Shown here: piece after piece, positions 1 through 8,458 of the stretch
How positions within the stretch are numbered: position 1 is the first letter of the stretch
Layout: each line of letters begins with the position of its first letter
NCBI GenBank assembly: GCA_040902515.1
Contig: JBBDXB010000002.1
Location: forward strand, 1 to 49,998
Reading direction: 5' to 3'
DNA length: 49,998 nucleotides
Origin: Patescibacteria group bacterium
GTDB lineage: Bacteria > Patescibacteriota > SICC01
Translations under genes and position numbers: made by a program
The notes under the pieces: generated by a model
Seen by the model: only the letters and a program-made list of their open reading frames with translations
Told to the model about the DNA's origin: nothing
Database searches by the model: none

Positions 1-728
1 AGGCCGGAGACCAGGTCGCGGCCGCGCATCTCCGCCTCGCGCGGCTTGTCGAGCGGCCAGGAGGAACCGATCGAGATCTTGATTTCCTCGGCCGTCCGTT
101 CGCCGAGGTGCAGGTTGAACTCGTCACGGGCGAACTTGATGATGTCACCGTTGAAGGCGTCGCCGGCCACGCGGATGCTCCGGGCCATCACCACGCCGCC
201 GAGGCTGAGCACCGCCATCTCACTGGTGCCGCCGCCGATGTCGACGATCAGCGAGCCGGTCGCCTCCTGGACGGGCATCCGGGCTCCGATCGCGGCGGCC
301 ATCGGCTCCTCGATCAGGTACACGGAGCGGGCGCCCGCCGACTGGGCGGCGTCTTCCACGGCCCGCCGCTCTACTTCGGTGACGCCGGACGGGATGCCGA
401 TTACCACGCGTGGCCGCGGGAAGATCGTGAAGCCCTCCTTGTGGACCTTCTCGATGAAGTACTTGAGCATCTGCTCGGTGACCTCGAAGTCGCTGACCAC
501 GCCGTCCACCAGCGGGCGCGTGGCGACGATGTGCGCGGGCGTGCGGCCGACCATCTTCTTGGCCTCGTTGCCGATCGCCAGGATCTGGTTGGTTTGCTTG
601 TTGACCGCCACGACCGACGGTTCGTTGATCACGATCCCCCGCCCACGGACGTACACCAGCGTGTTGGCCGTGCCGAGGTCGATCCCGATGTCGCGGGAGA
701 AGTAGCCGAGGAATTCGTCGAAGATCAT
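1..728 (-). CDS. mreB: Rod-shape protein MreB (actin-like ATPase), N-terminal ~242 codons; the gene runs off the left edge of the window
   Basis: Absent from the ORF track because there is no stop inside the window. Manual reverse translation from ATG 728..726 gives [101 protein letters not shown], the MreB/actin-fold phosphate and connect motifs. Plus-strand ORFs 46..705 and 108..788 are shadows of this gene. Confidence 0.9.
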   Translation of the reverse strand, partial: MIFDEFLGYFSRDIGIDLGTANTLVYVRGRGIVINEPSVVAVNKQTNQILAIGNEAKKMVGRTPAHIVATRPLVDGVVSDFEVTEQMLKYFIEKVHKEGFTIFPRPRVVIGIPSGVTEVERRAVEDAAQSAGARSVYLIEEPMAAAIGARMPVQEATGSLIVDIGGGTSEMAVLSLGGVVMARSIRVAGDAFNGDIIKFARDEFNLHLGERTAEEIKISIGSSWPLDKPREAEMRGRDLVSG

Positions 729-837
729 GCGCGAGAAATAGAAACCGGACGCGTCGTTTGGTCCGGTGGGTTTTTCCTGATTGACTGACTAATCGTATCG
801 TTCGGGGCGTGGAGCGGCAAGGGCTGGCAACAAGGCC

Positions 838-1303
838 CTACTTTACCGCCACGTACCAGCGGACCCCCGCCCCTTGAGGATTGAACCAGTGTTTCAGGAA
901 TTTCTCCTTGTCTATCCGGAATAGCCCGAACGCGCTGTCTCGGCAGTAAAACGCCTCATCGTCATGTTCGACGATGACCGTGTAGTGTCCGTTGCCGCTG
1001 AACGCGTTCTTGTAACACACAATCACAGCGGTGCCACTGTCTATATGGTCTTCAATGTCCTGCAAAGAAGCCTTGTCCTTTTCTTCGACGATCTCCATCC
1101 CGGCCTGCTCGGCGGCTTTAACAAGGCCCTTGTTCGAAGTGCCGACCCCCGGTTTCGCGCCACAGAGTTCGATCAGTTCTTCCTCCGAGTGTGAAAAAAT
1201 CACCCTTCAGATGAAGGACATTGAGGATCGAACAAGGGCCACAGCTATACGTGGCCTCCTGGATGTGAAGATTGTGTTGTGCGTAGATGTCTTTTGGTTT
1301 CAT
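838..1303 (-). pseudogene. Papain-like cysteine peptidase (Peptidase_C39-like), reading frame broken at an A6/T6 homopolymer
   Basis: ORF 1118..1303 supplies the N-terminus with the catalytic-Cys motif QEATYSCGPCSILNVL. ORF 838..1203 supplies the rest, including the GNGHYTVIVEHD His region. The two frames meet at the run a1194..a1199. Removing one base gives a continuous ..HLKGDFSHSEEELIEL.. protein of about 154 aa. The ATG at 1303 overlaps the proS stop (ATGA). GC is visibly lower than in the flanks. Confidence 0.6.
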
Positions 1304-2541
1304 GCAGACAATCGCGCAGGGACCTTTTTCAGCTCGACCAGCTCCGCCTGATCCTCACTACGTCGCTTGAGTTCAACCGAATCCTTTTCCAGCGTCTTCT
1401 TGCTGACGGTCACGCGGTTCGGGATGCCGATCAAATCGGCGTCGTTGAACTTCACGCCGGCGGATTCGTCGCGATCGTCGTAGAGCACCTCGACCCCCGC
1501 GGACTGCAGGCCTGCATACAACTTCTCCGCCGCCCCTTTGACCGTGTTGTCGCCGCCGAGTGCCACCAGATGCACCGCGAACGGTGCCACCGCGTCGGGC
1601 CAGATGATTCCCTTGCCATCATGGTGCGTCTCGACGATCACGCCCACGCACCGGCTCGGCCCGATCCCGTAGCTCGCCATCACCGGCGCCTGGCGACCGC
1701 CCTGCTCGTCCAGGAAGCTTACACCCGCCGCTTCGGTAAACTTGGTCCCGAGTTTAAAGATGTTGCCTATCTCCGCGGCCTTGGCGGACCGCACGACCGC
1801 ACCGTTATGCTTGTCGCCCTCCTTCCCCTCGAAAATCTCCTCGTTCTGAGCGAACTTCCGATCCTCGGTGTAGTACACGGTATCCTCGCCGGCCTCGCAG
1901 AAGACCTGGAACTCGTGCGAGTACTTAGAGAACACCCCGCCGGAAGCCTCGACCACCCAGGCGTCGAGTCCGAGCCGTTCATAGACCTTGAGGTATGCGC
2001 CTTTGACCCGCTCGTAATATCGGTCGAGGTCATCCTGTGTGGCGTGGAAGCTGTAGAGGTCCTTCATCATGAATTCGCGTCCGCGCATCATGCCGGACTT
2101 CGCCCGTGGCTCGTTCCGGAACTTGACCTGGATCTGGTACGCCGCGAGCGGCAGGTCGCGATAGCTCCGGATGTGTGGCTTCGCCACCTGCGCCACGATC
2201 TCCTCGTGCGTGAATCCCAGCCCGTATTCCTTGCCGTGCTGGTCCGTGAACTGGTACATCACCTCGCGTACCTCCGGATCGTCCCAGCGGCCGCTCGCCT
2301 TCCACGGCGCCGGCGGATGCAGTGCCGCCAAGCTCAGTTCCTGCGCGCCCAGCGCATCCATCTCCTCGCGGATGATGTTCTCGACCTTACGGTACACCCG
2401 CCAGCCCAACGGGAGCAGGTTGTAGATCCCCGCTCCGAGCTGGTCGATGAACCCGCCCTGGATCAGGTACGCGGCGTTCACCGAATCGGCGTCGGCGGGA
2501 CGTTCGCGGAGCGGTTTGGCGAGGCTCTGGGAGAGGCGCAT
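1300..2541 (-). CDS. proS: Prolyl-tRNA synthetase, compact bacterial type without the INS editing insertion
   Basis: 413-aa ORF with ATG at 2541. Class II aaRS core (..FRNEPRAKSGMMRGREFMMKDLYSF.., ..SYGIGPSR..) plus a C-terminal anticodon-binding domain (..FAVHLVALGG..LYDDRDESAGVKFNDADLIGIP..). Confidence 0.93.
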   Translation of the reverse strand: MRLSQSLAKPLRERPADADSVNAAYLIQGGFIDQLGAGIYNLLPLGWRVYRKVENIIREEMDALGAQELSLAALHPPAPWKASGRWDDPEVREVMYQFTDQHGKEYGLGFTHEEIVAQVAKPHIRSYRDLPLAAYQIQVKFRNEPRAKSGMMRGREFMMKDLYSFHATQDDLDRYYERVKGAYLKVYERLGLDAWVVEASGGVFSKYSHEFQVFCEAGEDTVYYTEDRKFAQNEEIFEGKEGDKHNGAVVRSAKAAEIGNIFKLGTKFTEAAGVSFLDEQGGRQAPVMASYGIGPSRCVGVIVETHHDGKGIIWPDAVAPFAVHLVALGGDNTVKGAAEKLYAGLQSAGVEVLYDDRDESAGVKFNDADLIGIPNRVTVSKKTLEKDSVELKRRSEDQAELVELKKVPARLSA

Positions 2542-2546
2542 ACGTG

Positions 2547-3632
2547 CTACCTAATGATATCGAAATACGTGATGAAGAGTATCAGGCCGATCAGGAACGC
2601 GAAGCCGGCGGCGTGGACCAGGTGCTCGATCCGCGGACTCACGGGCTTGCCGCGCCGGAGCTTCTCGATGCCGACGAAGACCAGCCGCCCGCCGTCGAGC
2701 GCCGGAATCGGGAGCAGGTTGAAGATCGCCAGGCTCAGCGAGATGATCGCCACGAACCGAAGGAGCACCAACGCACCGAGGTCAAGGACTTCCCCGGTCA
2801 GCTTGGCGATGCCTACCGGCCCGGCGACGCCTGCCGGGACAGAGCCTTGGGTGAAGATGCCGGCGAAGACCCCACCGACGGCCGCCAACGTAAGGATGGT
2901 GATCGCGACGACTTCCTTGAGTGCGGCCCAGGGAGCTACCCACCAGGGGTAGTCGAGGCTTTGGTAGTTGTCCGTCGGAGCGATACCGACCTTGCCGGCA
3001 GACACGCCGTCCGCATCGGGGGTGACCGTCAGGGTTCGGACCTCGTCGCTGCGCGCCACTGTGACGACGGTCGGCTCCCCGGCGCGCGCCGAGAGCAGCG
3101 CGGGCACTTCGATCTGGCAGCGCACTGCTTCACCATCGATCTGCCGGATCACGTCCCCGGCCTGCATGCCCGCTCGTGCGGCCGGGCCGCCTTCGGAGAC
3201 CGCCGCGACGGTCACGTCGTTCCGGAAGGTGGCGCCGGGAATGTCGTCGGCACAGAGCGCGATCGGCGGCATCTTGAAGAGGAACCCGACCGTAAGGAGC
3301 AGGAACGCCAGAAACGCGTTCATCGCCACGCCGGCGACCAGGACCCGTGCTCGTACGCCGGGCGACTTGGATGCGAAGGACCGTTTGGACCGCTTGCCGT
3401 CGCCGTCCTCGCCGAGCATCTTCACGAACCCGCCGATCGGTAGCGGGTAGACCGAGTACGTCGTATCCCCGCGCTTGACCGCGAATATCCGCGGCACCAG
3501 CGGCAACCCGAACCCGAACTCTTCCACCTTGATCCCGTTCCGGCGGGCCACCCAGAAGTGGCCGAACTCATGCGCGACGATCAGTACGCCGATGATCAGG
3601 AGGAACGCGACGACGGTCAGGAGCGTATCCAC
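2547..3632 (-). CDS. rseP: Site-2 protease RseP/M50 family zinc metalloprotease with PDZ domain
   Basis: 361 aa, GTG start at 3632. HEFGHFWVARR (HExxH) in the first TM region, a central PDZ-like segment, and NLLPIPALDGG near the C-terminus. Confidence 0.9.
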   Translation of the reverse strand: MDTLLTVVAFLLIIGVLIVAHEFGHFWVARRNGIKVEEFGFGLPLVPRIFAVKRGDTTYSVYPLPIGGFVKMLGEDGDGKRSKRSFASKSPGVRARVLVAGVAMNAFLAFLLLTVGFLFKMPPIALCADDIPGATFRNDVTVAAVSEGGPAARAGMQAGDVIRQIDGEAVRCQIEVPALLSARAGEPTVVTVARSDEVRTLTVTPDADGVSAGKVGIAPTDNYQSLDYPWWVAPWAALKEVVAITILTLAAVGGVFAGIFTQGSVPAGVAGPVGIAKLTGEVLDLGALVLLRFVAIISLSLAIFNLLPIPALDGGRLVFVGIEKLRRGKPVSPRIEHLVHAAGFAFLIGLILFITYFDIIR

Positions 3633-3641
3633 GCCGGCCGC

Positions 3642-4328
3642 CTAGGTCCCGAACCGGCGCCCGCGGGCCGTGAAATCCTTGAGTGCGTCAGCCAGGTCCT
3701 CCGGCCGGAAGTCGGGCCACTGCTTCTTGGTGAAGTACAGCTCGGCGTACGTGCCCTGCCATGGCATGAAGCCGGACAGGCGCTGTTCTCCGCTGGTCCG
3801 GATGATCAGGTCCACGTCGGGCAGTTCCGGATCATAGAGCGCTTGCGCGAAGCTTTCCTCGGTGATCTCGTGCGGCTTCTTGCCGGCCAGTTTCTTGGCC
3901 GCCTCGACGAGTTCCGCCCGCCCGCCGTAGGAAAGAGCCAGGGTGAACGTCATGCCGGTGTTGCCCTGGGTACGTTCGGTGGCTTCGCACAGTACTTTCT
4001 GGAGCTTCTCGGGAAACCGGTCGGTCTGGCCGATCGCTCGCACGCGGATGTTCGCATGGTTCAGCTCGTTGATCCGGTTCCGGATGCCGCGCTCGAAGAG
4101 CTTGAAAAGGTATTCAACCTCGGCCGGGCTGCGGTTCCAGTTCTCGGTGGAGAATCCCCAGGCCGTGAGGTACTTCACGCCCTGGTCCGGCGCGGCCAGC
4201 ACCACCGGCCACAGCGCCTTGTAGAGCCCGTGCCAGTGGCCTTTCATCGCCGGCAGCCCGCGCAGCTTGGCCCAGCGGCGGTTGCCGTCCAGGATCATCG
4301 CGACGTGATTGGCGTGGAGCGTCTTCAT
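3642..4328 (-). CDS. uppS: Undecaprenyl-diphosphate synthase (cis-prenyltransferase)
   Basis: 228 aa. ILDGNRRWA and IRTSGEQRLSGFMPWQ..YAELYF motifs. The ATG overlaps the frr stop (ATGA, 4325..4328). Confidence 0.93.
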   Translation of the reverse strand: MKTLHANHVAMILDGNRRWAKLRGLPAMKGHWHGLYKALWPVVLAAPDQGVKYLTAWGFSTENWNRSPAEVEYLFKLFERGIRNRINELNHANIRVRAIGQTDRFPEKLQKVLCEATERTQGNTGMTFTLALSYGGRAELVEAAKKLAGKKPHEITEESFAQALYDPELPDVDLIIRTSGEQRLSGFMPWQGTYAELYFTKKQWPDFRPEDLADALKDFTARGRRFGT

Positions 4329-4849
4329 ACGGTCATCAATTCGGTCCGTTTGGCCTCGGCCATGGATTCCAATTCAGATTGGACCTTTTTGACCTCATCG
4401 TCCACTTGTTTCTTATGGCGGTTCAGCTGGTCCTCGGGCAGGTCGTCCCGTTCCGCCTTGGTGATCTTGTCGTGACGGAGCCGACGGAGCGACACCTTCG
4501 CCGCTTCCAGCTTCTCCCCGACCACCTTGACCAGCTCCGTGCGCCGTTCTTCCGTTAGCGGCGGCAGCGTGAACCGGATCTGTTGGCCGTCATTGTTCGG
4601 TTGGCCGTCGAGGCCCACGCCGCGGAGCGCCTGTTCGATCGGCCCCAGCATGCCTTTGTCCCATGGTGCTACCAGGATCACGGTGGCCTCGGGTACCGAC
4701 AACTGAGCCAGGCTCTTCAGTGGCTGAGCGGAACCGTAGGCATCGACGGGAACGTCGGCCAGGATGTCCGGATTGGCACGGCCGGTCCGGATCGCGGCCA
4801 GCTCGTTACGAAGGAATTCGACGACCTGCCTGAAGTCCGGATCAGCCAT
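4325..4849 (-). CDS. frr: Ribosome recycling factor
   Basis: 174 aa, full-length RRF-like sequence (..LRNELAAIRTGRANPDIL..V.AYGS..PLKSLAQLSVPE..). Sits in the conserved rpsB-tsf-(pyrH)-frr-uppS context, but no pyrH is present. Confidence 0.94.
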   Translation of the reverse strand: MADPDFRQVVEFLRNELAAIRTGRANPDILADVPVDAYGSAQPLKSLAQLSVPEATVILVAPWDKGMLGPIEQALRGVGLDGQPNNDGQQIRFTLPPLTEERRTELVKVVGEKLEAAKVSLRRLRHDKITKAERDDLPEDQLNRHKKQVDDEVKKVQSELESMAEAKRTELMTV

Positions 4850-5306
4850 GTTCCCCGAGTGCGTACCGGGCGAACCGGGTCACCCGGATGTTTTCGCCGA
4901 GACTGGCGATCGCCGCCTGGACTACCTGCTCGACGGTCTGCTTCTCGTTCTTGATGTAGGGCTGCGTGAGTAACTCCTTGGGGTCCTTCGGGTTTCCGGC
5001 CGCGATCTGCATGGCGATCTCCTGCGCCAGATTCCGGAAGTCGTCGCCGCGGGCGACGAAGTCGGTCTCGCAGAGCAACTCCAGAAGAACGCCGATCTTC
5101 CCCTCGCCGTGGATGTAGCTGTGCACGACACCCTCGGCCGTCTCGCGCGCCGCTTTCTTGGCGGCCTTGGTCAGACCGCGTTCCTTCAGTAGTTCCTTGG
5201 CCTTGGCGCCGTCGCCGTCCGCGTCTTCCAGGGCCCGCTTGGCGTCCATGATGCCAGCGCCGGTGTCGGCGCGGAGCTTCTGTACGTCGGCGGCGGAAAT
5301 GCTCAT
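4842..5306 (-). CDS. tsf: Elongation factor Ts, minimal 154-aa form
   Basis: Within ORF 4842..5717 the real start is ATG 5306..5304 ([32 protein letters not shown]..), the EF-Ts UBA-like N-terminus, followed by ..LLELLCETDFVARGDDF... The 137-codon upstream extension overlaps rpsB and is Arg/Gly junk. The ATG overlaps the rpsB stop (ATGA). Confidence 0.85.
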   Translation of the reverse strand: MSISAADVQKLRADTGAGIMDAKRALEDADGDGAKAKELLKERGLTKAAKKAARETAEGVVHSYIHGEGKIGVLLELLCETDFVARGDDFRNLAQEIAMQIAAGNPKDPKELLTQPYIKNEKQTVEQVVQAAIASLGENIRVTRFARYALGEHG

Positions 5307-6091
5307 GCGGTCTTCGGCTCCGCGGGTGCGTGAGTGGTTCCCGGCTTGGTCCTTTCGGTCTCCGCTTCCTTGGCGGCGGCTTCCTTCGCCGCTTTGGCCG
5401 AACGCTGGTAGGCTTCCTTGCCGGCCGATACCGAGGAAGCGATCGCCGAGACGATCAGGCTGATCGCCGAGACCGCATCGTCGTTGCCGGGAATCGGATA
5501 GTCGATGCCGGTCGGGTCCGCGTTTGAGTCCACGACTCCGATGACCGGGATGCCGAGCTTCTTCGCTTCCGCGACGGCCCACTTCTCCCGGGCGACGTCG
5601 CTCACGAACAGCGCCTCCGGAGGCGATTCGAGTTCGGCTGCCCCGCCAAGCGTGTTCTCGAGCCGATCCAACTCGCGTTGCTTCATGGCCTGCTCGCCCT
5701 TGGGGAGCTTGTCCCACTCTCCCGCCTCCTTGCCGCTCCGGAGCTTTCGGAGCTGCTCGATCCGGCGCCGGATGGTCTCGAAGTTCGTGAGGAATCCGCC
5801 GAGCCAGCGCTCGGTCACGTATGGCATGCCGATACGTTCGGCGGCGGCCCGGACCACGTCCTTGCCCTGCCGCTTGGTGCCGACGAAGAGCACCTTTCCG
5901 CCATCCTTGGCGGTGCGCTCGGCGAACGCTTGAGCCTCATGGAGGTACCCCAGCGTCTGCTCCAGGTCGATGATGTGCACGCCGCCCCGCTCGCCGAACA
6001 GGAACGTCGCCATCTGGGGGTTCCAGCGGCGGGTCTGGTGTCCGAAATGGACACCGGCCTCAAGGAGTGATTTGAGCGTGATATCGGTCAT
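5303..6091 (-). CDS. rpsB: 30S ribosomal protein S2 with Ala/Lys/Glu-rich C-terminal tail
   Basis: Start moved to ATG 6091 ([27 protein letters not shown]..), preceded by GGGGGAGGTAAAGAAGCCCTAT (strong SD). The rest is canonical S2. Confidence 0.93.
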   Translation of the reverse strand: MTDITLKSLLEAGVHFGHQTRRWNPQMATFLFGERGGVHIIDLEQTLGYLHEAQAFAERTAKDGGKVLFVGTKRQGKDVVRAAAERIGMPYVTERWLGGFLTNFETIRRRIEQLRKLRSGKEAGEWDKLPKGEQAMKQRELDRLENTLGGAAELESPPEALFVSDVAREKWAVAEAKKLGIPVIGVVDSNADPTGIDYPIPGNDDAVSAISLIVSAIASSVSAGKEAYQRSAKAAKEAAAKEAETERTKPGTTHAPAEPKTA

Positions 6092-6164
6092 ATAGGGCTT
6101 CTTTACCTCCCCCGCCGTGCTCCCGTACGGGAGAGAAGCGTGTCGCGGGGTGCGTGATGTTCCT

Positions 6165-6194
6165 ACTATACCGGGGCGGGCGTTGGACGGGCAA
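6165..6194 (-). promoter_or_regulatory. Candidate sigma70-type promoter for rpsB-tsf-frr-uppS
   Basis: Minus strand: TTGCCC (6194..6189), 18 nt, TATAGT (6170..6165). It lies about 70 nt upstream of the rpsB ATG. The leader contains a CUCCC-GUAC-GGGAG hairpin. Confidence 0.35.
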
Positions 6195-6273
6195 GCCGTG
6201 GCATCGGCCCGCCGGTACGGAGCCACGGTCCGGGACGTGCGTTTTGGGCGGTATCACGGGTATACTGGTGGGT

Positions 6274-6609
6274 ATGCAACAGAGCATCCATCCCGCCTAT
6301 CATTCCGACGCCAAGGTCCGTTGCTCGGGCTGCGGCCGTGAGTTCACGGTAGGCTCGACCGCCGAAGAGATCCGAGTCGAGCTGTGCAGCCAGTGTCACC
6401 CGTTCTATACGGGCAAGCAGAAACTGGTGGATACGGCCGGCCGGGTGGAACGCTACCGCGAGCGAGCGTCCCGCGCCAAGGCCCAGGCCGCCCGACAAAG
6501 CAGTAAGCCCGAAGCCAAGAATGGCGCGCAATCCACGGCCGACGCCGGGCCGAGCTCGGCGGAACGCCTGGAAGCGATGCGCCAGGAGCTCGAAGAGCGG
6601 TCGGGCTAA
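6274..6609 (+). CDS. rpmE: 50S ribosomal protein L31 (Zn-ribbon type) with ~40-aa C-terminal extension
   Basis: Start at ATG 6274 ([43 protein letters not shown]). CxxC..CxxC motifs are present. TATACT lies at 6261..6266, 7 nt before the ATG. Confidence 0.9.
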   Translation: MQQSIHPAYHSDAKVRCSGCGREFTVGSTAEEIRVELCSQCHPFYTGKQKLVDTAGRVERYRERASRAKAQAARQSSKPEAKNGAQSTADAGPSSAERLEAMRQELEERSG

Positions 6610-6619
6610 CCGGGGCGCA

Positions 6620-7669
6620 GTGGCCGTCGACTGGCAGGCACTTACGGAGGAGAACGAGGAGCTGACCCGTCAGCTTTCCGATCCGGACGTGGCCTCCGAC
6701 CGGACAAGGCTTACCCGCCTGGCCCGCCGGAAGAAGGAGCTGGACGAGTTGCTCGGGCTACGGGACCGATTGCAGACGCTCCGAGCCGCGGTCGCGGACG
6801 CCACGCAGCACGCCGCCGGAGACGACCCGACGCTGAAGGAACTGGCGCAAGAGGAGCTCCCGGCCCGGCGTGATGAATTGACGAAACTGGAGTCCCGGAT
6901 CGCCGAGCTGACCCAGACCCGCGATCCCGACGACGAGAAGCCGGCGATCATGGAGATTCGGGCGGGTGCAGGGGGCGACGAAGCGTCCCTGTTCGCCAAG
7001 GAGCTGTACGGCATGTACGTCCGGTTTGCCGAAACGCAGGGATTCACCACCGAGCTCCTTTCCACCAGCGCCTCCGGCGTGGACGGGTTCAAGGAGGTGG
7101 TCTTCCGCGTGGACGGCCCAAACGCCTTCGCGCTGCTGCGGCACGAGGGCGGCACCCACCGGGTCCAGCGGATACCGACCACCGAGTCGGGAGGGCGTAT
7201 CCATACCTCGACCGCCACCGTGGCGGTATTGCCGGAAGCGGAAGAGGCCGAACTGGCGATCAAGCCCGACGAGCTTCGAATCGACGTATTCCGGAGTTCC
7301 GGCCCCGGCGGACAGAGCGTGAATACGACGGACTCCGCCGTGCGGATCACCCATGTCCCTACCGAGATCACCGTGAGTTGCCAGGACGAGAAGAGTCAGC
7401 ATAAGAACCGGGCCAAGGCGATGCAGATCCTGCGGGCGCGGCTTAAGGCCAAGCAGGACGCGGAGGAGGCCGCGGCACGCGGCGACATCCGCCGGGCACA
7501 GGTCGGTACCGGTGAACGCAGCGAGAAGATCCGGACGTATAACATCCCGCAGGACCGGGTCACCGACCATCGCATCAAGCGCTCGTTTTCGAACGTGAAG
7601 GGCATCCTGGCCGGGGATCTGGAGCCGGTGATCGCGGCGGTCCGTGAAGAAGCCCGCCGTGACGATTGA
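6620..7669 (+). CDS. prfA: Peptide chain release factor 1
   Basis: GGQ (SSGPGGQSVNTT) and an RF1-type PxT tripeptide region (RVQRIPTTESGGRIHTS). The most plausible start is GTG 6620, just after the rpmE stop, giving about 349 aa. The ORF-track start at 6521 would overlap rpmE. Confidence 0.9.
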   Translation: MAVDWQALTEENEELTRQLSDPDVASDRTRLTRLARRKKELDELLGLRDRLQTLRAAVADATQHAAGDDPTLKELAQEELPARRDELTKLESRIAELTQTRDPDDEKPAIMEIRAGAGGDEASLFAKELYGMYVRFAETQGFTTELLSTSASGVDGFKEVVFRVDGPNAFALLRHEGGTHRVQRIPTTESGGRIHTSTATVAVLPEAEEAELAIKPDELRIDVFRSSGPGGQSVNTTDSAVRITHVPTEITVSCQDEKSQHKNRAKAMQILRARLKAKQDAEEAAARGDIRRAQVGTGERSEKIRTYNIPQDRVTDHRIKRSFSNVKGILAGDLEPVIAAVREEARRDD

Positions 7670-8444
7670 GGCGCTGCTCCGGTCCGCCCTTCCGGACCTG
7701 GCGCCACTGGATGCGGAGTTGCTCCTGGCCCGGGCCGTCAAGCGGGAACGGACCTGGCTGCTGGCTCATCCGGACGCACCGGTTCCCGAAGCGGCGGCCT
7801 GCCGGTTCGAACGCTGGGTGTCCCGACGTGCCGACGGCACGCCGGTCGCGCACCTGGTCGGCGAGAAGGAGTTCTTCGGGCGGATGTTCACGGTCACGCC
7901 GGCGGTCCTCTGCCCACGGCCGGATTCGGAGCTGCTCGTCGAACGGACACTCGCCTGGCTACACCCGGGCGATACGCTGGTGGAAATCGGGACCGGATCG
8001 GGATGCATCGGGCTCAGCGTCTGCCTGGAACGGCCCGGCACCCCGGCCATACTCACGGATGTTTCCCCGGCCGCCCTGGCCGTCGCGAAGCGGAATGCCC
8101 GTCGCCATGCCGTCCCGGATGTCCGGTTCGTCGAAGCCGACGGCTGGCCGACGGATCTTCGCACGGATCCGGTACGGACGGTAGTCGTTGCCAACCTGCC
8201 CTATCTCACGCCGGAGGAAGCCGACCGACTGCCCCACGAGCCGCGGATCGCGTTGGACGGGGGAAGCGACGGCCTGGACGCGATCCGCCGGCTGCTGCGG
8301 GACTTGGAACGCGCCGCCTGTATCCCGCGCCGTCTGCTCCTGGAGCATGCCCCGCCGCAAGCCGCGCCGATCCGGCGGCTCACCGGACGACCGGCCAAGA
8401 CGTACCGCGACCTCGCCGGCCGGGACCGGGTCACCGAATTCTGA
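7644..8444 (+). CDS. prmC: Release-factor glutamine methyltransferase PrmC/HemK
   Basis: 266 aa. SAM motif VEIGTGSGCIG, catalytic tetrapeptide region VVANLPYL (NLPY instead of NPPY), ..EPRIALDGGSDGLD... Follows prfA as usual. Start is GTG 7644 or GTG 7659. Confidence 0.85.
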   Translation: MKKPAVTIEALLRSALPDLAPLDAELLLARAVKRERTWLLAHPDAPVPEAAACRFERWVSRRADGTPVAHLVGEKEFFGRMFTVTPAVLCPRPDSELLVERTLAWLHPGDTLVEIGTGSGCIGLSVCLERPGTPAILTDVSPAALAVAKRNARRHAVPDVRFVEADGWPTDLRTDPVRTVVVANLPYLTPEEADRLPHEPRIALDGGSDGLDAIRRLLRDLERAACIPRRLLLEHAPPQAAPIRRLTGRPAKTYRDLAGRDRVTEF

Positions 8445-8458
8445 GGCTCGCGGCCCGC

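Noticed and set aside
744-775. Hairpin ACCGGAC-N10-GTCCGGT with T-runs on both strands, just upstream of the mreB start
   Set aside because: On the plus strand there is no gene for it to terminate. On the minus strand the tail (UUUCUAUUUCU) ends 3 nt before the mreB ATG, which would leave no room for an mreB promoter. It may be an attenuator or mRNA-stability hairpin, but the function is not supportable from sequence. A weak TTGCCG-17-TACGAT promoter candidate upstream (about 795..823) is likewise unconfirmed.
46-788. Plus-strand ORFs 46..705 and 108..788
   Set aside because: Their Arg/Ala/Ser-rich translations have no family resemblance. They are mirror frames of the clearly recognisable minus-strand mreB.
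1279-2952. 557-aa plus-strand ORF, and similar long antisense or off-frame ORFs (for example 6758..7741, 9481..10671, 20332..21423, 23204..24349, 33262..34656, 36350..37282, 40290..41663, 41979..43046, 46951..48003, 48031..49260)
   Set aside because: All lie opposite or out of frame with strongly supported genes. All have the Arg/Gly/Pro/Asp-rich composition typical of non-coding frames in high-GC DNA. Stop codons are simply rare in these frames.
5307-5717. N-terminal 137-codon extension of the tsf ORF, and similar extensions of rpsB (6092..6226), rpmE (6154..6273), prfA (6521..6619), ybeY (26451..26579), rpsU (29119..29253), nrnA (39599..39775), rbfA (39913..39999) and yggT (19034..19135)
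   Set aside because: The extensions overlap the preceding gene or a promoter. They translate to low-complexity junk. They are upstream of internal starts that give canonical N-termini, often with an SD or an ATGA overlap.
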